Positions 61,058 to 64,000 of a DNA stretch of 64,000 nt are shown here, piece by piece. Position numbers and translations under genes: made by a program. The notes under the pieces are model-generated. The model was not told where the DNA came from and did not search any database. It saw only the letters and a program-made list of their open reading frames with translations. Positions within the stretch are counted from its first letter, which is position 1. Every line of letters starts with the position of its first letter. The DNA lies in assembly GCA_001872455.1 (NCBI GenBank), contig MNXJ01000071.1, positions 55,830-119,829 on the forward strand. Reading direction: 5' to 3'. Source of the DNA: Anaerolineae bacterium CG2_30_57_67. Its GTDB lineage: Bacteria; Chloroflexota; Anaerolineae; Anaerolineales; Villigracilaceae.

Positions 61058-64000
61058 TTAGAACTTCGGCCCGGTTTTGACCAGCGCAATCATCACCTTT
61101 TCGCCGTCAAACTCCTCCACCGTCACCTTGGACGTGTACGGCGAAGGTGTAAAGTGCAATTCCAGCGCCAGCGTTTCACCCATAATCGTCTCACGGTGAA
61201 GTTCGAGGGCGGTTTGTAGGCCGGGCGAAGCGCTCAGGTACAGGCGAATGCGGTCGGCCACGTCCAACCCGGAAATCTTGCGGAAATCTTGCACACGGCG
61301 CACAAACTCACGCGCCAGGCCTTCGCGCACCAGCTCGGGCGTCAAATCAGTCACCAGCGCGGCCACATACGGCCCATCTTCGGCGATGGCAAAACCTTCT
61401 TTTGCCAAAGATTTGACTTCGACTTCTTCCGGCAGAATCTCGTAGGATTGACCTTCAACCTCCAGCGGAAGTTTGCCCGCCGTCAAAAGGGCGTGAGCTG
61501 TCTCTTCAGCATTCAGCGCCAAAATGGCCTTTTGCAACGCTGGAAATTTATTACCATATTTTTGGCCGAGTTGCTTGGGCAAGGGTTTGACGCTGTGCGA
61601 CAGAGCCTCGGTCGCCGCATTCAGCAAACGCACTTCTTTGACGTTGAGCTCGTCTTCCAGCAGGTCGGCGTAATCTGTGACCGCCTCGCGCTCGTTGACA
61701 TTTGCCACCGAGAAGGCGGCCTCCGCCAGCGGCTGACGCACCTTGCGGTTGGCCTTGGCGCGGGCGGCATGACCGAGCGAAGCCAGGCGCATCACCAACG
61801 CCATCTGACGATTTAGTTTTTCATCCACCAGCGTCAAGTTGGGCTCCGGCCAGGTTGCCAGGTGCACCGATTCGGGCGCGGAAGCGTCTACTGTGCGCAC
61901 CAGATTCTGATAGAGTTCATCCGCCAGAAAAGGCATGGCCGGGGCCAGGAGTTTGCTGAGCGTGACCAGCGCCGTGTACAGCGTCTGATAGGCGGCCTGC
62001 TTGTCCGAATCCGAATCCGATTTCCAGAAGCGGCGGCGTGAGCGGCGCAGATACCAGGTGGAAAGCGCCTCGACAAATTTTTCCACCGGACGAGTGGCGG
62101 CGGTGACATCGTAACGCTCATAGGCCTCGGTCACATCGCGAACAAGCGTGTTCAGTTCGGAAAGAATCCAGCGGTCGAGGGTTGAATAGGCTAACGGTTG
62201 CCCCGCTGCGGCAGGCGTCCATTTATCCAGGTTGGCATACGTCACAAAGAACGAGTATACGTTCCACAAAGTCAGGGTGAAACTGCGCAGCACCTCGCCG
62301 ACCAAATCCACAGAGAAGCGGCGCTCGTTGCCGGGGGGCGTGGCCGTGTACAGATACCAGCGGAAGGCGTCCGCGCCGTGCAAATCCAAGACATCCCATG
62401 GATTGACGATGTTGCCCTTTGACTTCGACATTTTCTCGCCGTTGCCGTCCAGAATCAGACCGAGGCAGAGCACGTTTTTGTAGGCGACGTTGTCCATCAA
62501 CATGGTGCTGATGGCGTGCAGAGAATAGAACCAGCCGCGCGTCTGGTCAACCGCCTCGCAGATGTAATCCGCGGGGAACTGGCGCTTGAAGGTTTCCTGA
62601 TTTTCGAAGGGGTAATGCCACTGCGCGTAGGGCATCGCGCCCGAGTCAAACCAGACATCAATCAGTTCGGGCACGCGCGTCATTTTTCCGCCACATTCCT
62701 GGCAGGCAAAGTGAACAGTATCCACATGCGGGCGGTGCATGTCCAAATCGGTCAGATCGCGGCCAGCGAGTTGGGCCAGTTCCGCCACCGAGCCGATACA
62801 GTGTTGATGCTTGCAGTCAGCGCATTCCCACACTGGCAGGGGCGTGCCCCAGTAACGCTCGCGGCTGAGCGCCCAGTCAATGTTATTTTCCAGCCAGTTG
62901 CCAAAGCGGCCTTCCTTGATGTGCTCTGGCACCCAGTTGATGGTGCGATTCAGCCCGGTCAGACGTTCTTTAAACTGGCTGGTGCGGATGTACCAGGCCT
63001 CGCGCGCGTAGTACAACAGCGGGGTTTTACAGCGCCAGCAGAACGGGTAGGTATGCGTGTACGGCATTGAGCGGAAGAGCAGGCCGCGATTGTCCAGGTC
63101 GGTGATGATGGACGGGTCGGCGTCTTTGACGAAGACCCCGCGCCAGGGAGTCACTTCCGGGATGAATTTGCCGTCGGGGGCGACAGCCATAATGACCGGC
63201 AGGTCGTATTCCATCGCCGCTTTCATATCGTCCGCGCCGTAGGCCGGGGCCATGTGAACCAGGCCAGAACCGTCCTCGGTCGTGACGAAATCGGCCAGAA
63301 TGACGTAATGCGCCGGTTTTTCGGGCGGCAAAAACGTAAAGAGCGGCTTGTACTTGACGCCCTGCAGTTTTTTGCCCTTGAAAGTTTCCAGCACATTCAC
63401 TTCTTCGTCACGGAAAACTTTTTTCAGCAAGGCTTCGGCCAGGATAAGTTTCTCTGTGCCGCCGCTTGTCCCGGTCGCCGTTTCTGGCAGGGAACGTTCC
63501 ACTTTGACGTAGCTTACTTCTGAGGCGACGGCAACTGCCACGTTGGCGGGTAACGTCCAGGGCGTCGTCGTCCACACCAGTAGCGAAGTGCCCGGTTCAT
63601 CCATCAGCGGCATACGCACAAAAACTGACGGGTCGGTGACTTCATCGTAGCCTTGCGCCACTTCATGGTCGGAAAGCGGCGTGCCGCAGCGCGGGCAGTA
63701 GGGAACAACCTTGAAGCCCTGATAGAGCAGGTTTTTGTCCCAAAACTGGCGCAAAATCCACCAGAGCGACTCGATGTAGTCGTTGGTAAAGGTCACATAG
63801 GCTTCCTGCAAGTCCACCCAGAAGGCAATGCGGTCGGTCAGCCGCTCCCAATCCTGAATGTAATCAAACGCCGATTTTTTGCATTCCTGATTGAACTTTT
63901 CAATGCCATATTCTTCAATTTGTTGTTTATTGGTGAAACCGTGTTTCTTTTCCACTTCGATTTCCACCGGCAGCCCATGCGTATCCCAGCCGCCGCGCCG
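61058..64000 (-). CDS. ileS: isoleucyl-tRNA synthetase (N-terminus outside window)
   Basis: KMSKS (GEKMSKSKGN), editing-domain and anticodon-binding sequence. The ORF is open to the window edge. Confidence 0.93.
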   Translation of the reverse strand, partial: RRGGWDTHGLPVEIEVEKKHGFTNKQQIEEYGIEKFNQECKKSAFDYIQDWERLTDRIAFWVDLQEAYVTFTNDYIESLWWILRQFWDKNLLYQGFKVVPYCPRCGTPLSDHEVAQGYDEVTDPSVFVRMPLMDEPGTSLLVWTTTPWTLPANVAVAVASEVSYVKVERSLPETATGTSGGTEKLILAEALLKKVFRDEEVNVLETFKGKKLQGVKYKPLFTFLPPEKPAHYVILADFVTTEDGSGLVHMAPAYGADDMKAAMEYDLPVIMAVAPDGKFIPEVTPWRGVFVKDADPSIITDLDNRGLLFRSMPYTHTYPFCWRCKTPLLYYAREAWYIRTSQFKERLTGLNRTINWVPEHIKEGRFGNWLENNIDWALSRERYWGTPLPVWECADCKHQHCIGSVAELAQLAGRDLTDLDMHRPHVDTVHFACQECGGKMTRVPELIDVWFDSGAMPYAQWHYPFENQETFKRQFPADYICEAVDQTRGWFYSLHAISTMLMDNVAYKNVLCLGLILDGNGEKMSKSKGNIVNPWDVLDLHGADAFRWYLYTATPPGNERRFSVDLVGEVLRSFTLTLWNVYSFFVTYANLDKWTPAAAGQPLAYSTLDRWILSELNTLVRDVTEAYERYDVTAATRPVEKFVEALSTWYLRRSRRRFWKSDSDSDKQAAYQTLYTALVTLSKLLAPAMPFLADELYQNLVRTVDASAPESVHLATWPEPNLTLVDEKLNRQMALVMRLASLGHAARAKANRKVRQPLAEAAFSVANVNEREAVTDYADLLEDELNVKEVRLLNAATEALSHSVKPLPKQLGQKYGNKFPALQKAILALNAEETAHALLTAGKLPLEVEGQSYEILPEEVEVKSLAKEGFAIAEDGPYVAALVTDLTPELVREGLAREFVRRVQDFRKISGLDVADRIRLYLSASPGLQTALELHRETIMGETLALELHFTPSPYTSKVTVEEFDGEKVMIALVKTGPKF

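Overview
This is a GC-rich bacterial chromosomal segment with about 58 protein genes, 2 tRNAs and 1 T-box leader. There is no rRNA, CRISPR array or prophage. The gene content suggests a Chloroflexota-like genome, but that is only an inference from an alternative complex III operon, a zinc-ribbon-TopA fusion and the repeat types. Left to right the window holds these blocks:
- Envelope and sensor genes: O-antigen-ligase-like, sulfotransferase, GAF histidine kinase.
- rdgB-queG.
- A 1152-aa UvrD/AddA-like helicase-nuclease.
- An alternative complex III operon, actA-B1-B2-C-D-E plus an extra monoheme cytochrome.
- An arsenic-resistance operon, arsR-arsD-arsA-orf83-arsC-[RAYT]-acr3.
- An RRM protein and a GPH/MFS transporter.
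- topA, a mannose-1-P guanylyltransferase and dprA.
- The rimM-KH-rpsP-ffh block.
- An aminotransferase, dnaE-pyrD, tRNA-Ala and T-box-leuS.
- tRNA-Val, cell-wall genes including a class A PBP homologue, an ArnT-like glycosyltransferase and ileS (partial).

I found no convincing new multi-gene protein system. The unusual biology is in small repeats:
1. A REP/RAYT unit sits inside the ars operon. REP hairpins supply the stop codons of arsC, arsD and arsR, and there is a relic of a second arsD.
2. A roughly 96-nt MITE-like family has six intergenic copies, one carrying a nested insertion flanked by a 10-bp direct repeat.
3. Four palindromic elements, each a multiple of 3 nt long, are inserted in frame in the helicase gene.
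4. dnaE has a heptamer-repeat plus polypyrimidine leader and 75 in-register octanucleotide repeat units inside its 3' coding region.

Start codons, domain calls and repeat boundaries were assigned by eye from the sequence and ORF track. No database search was possible.
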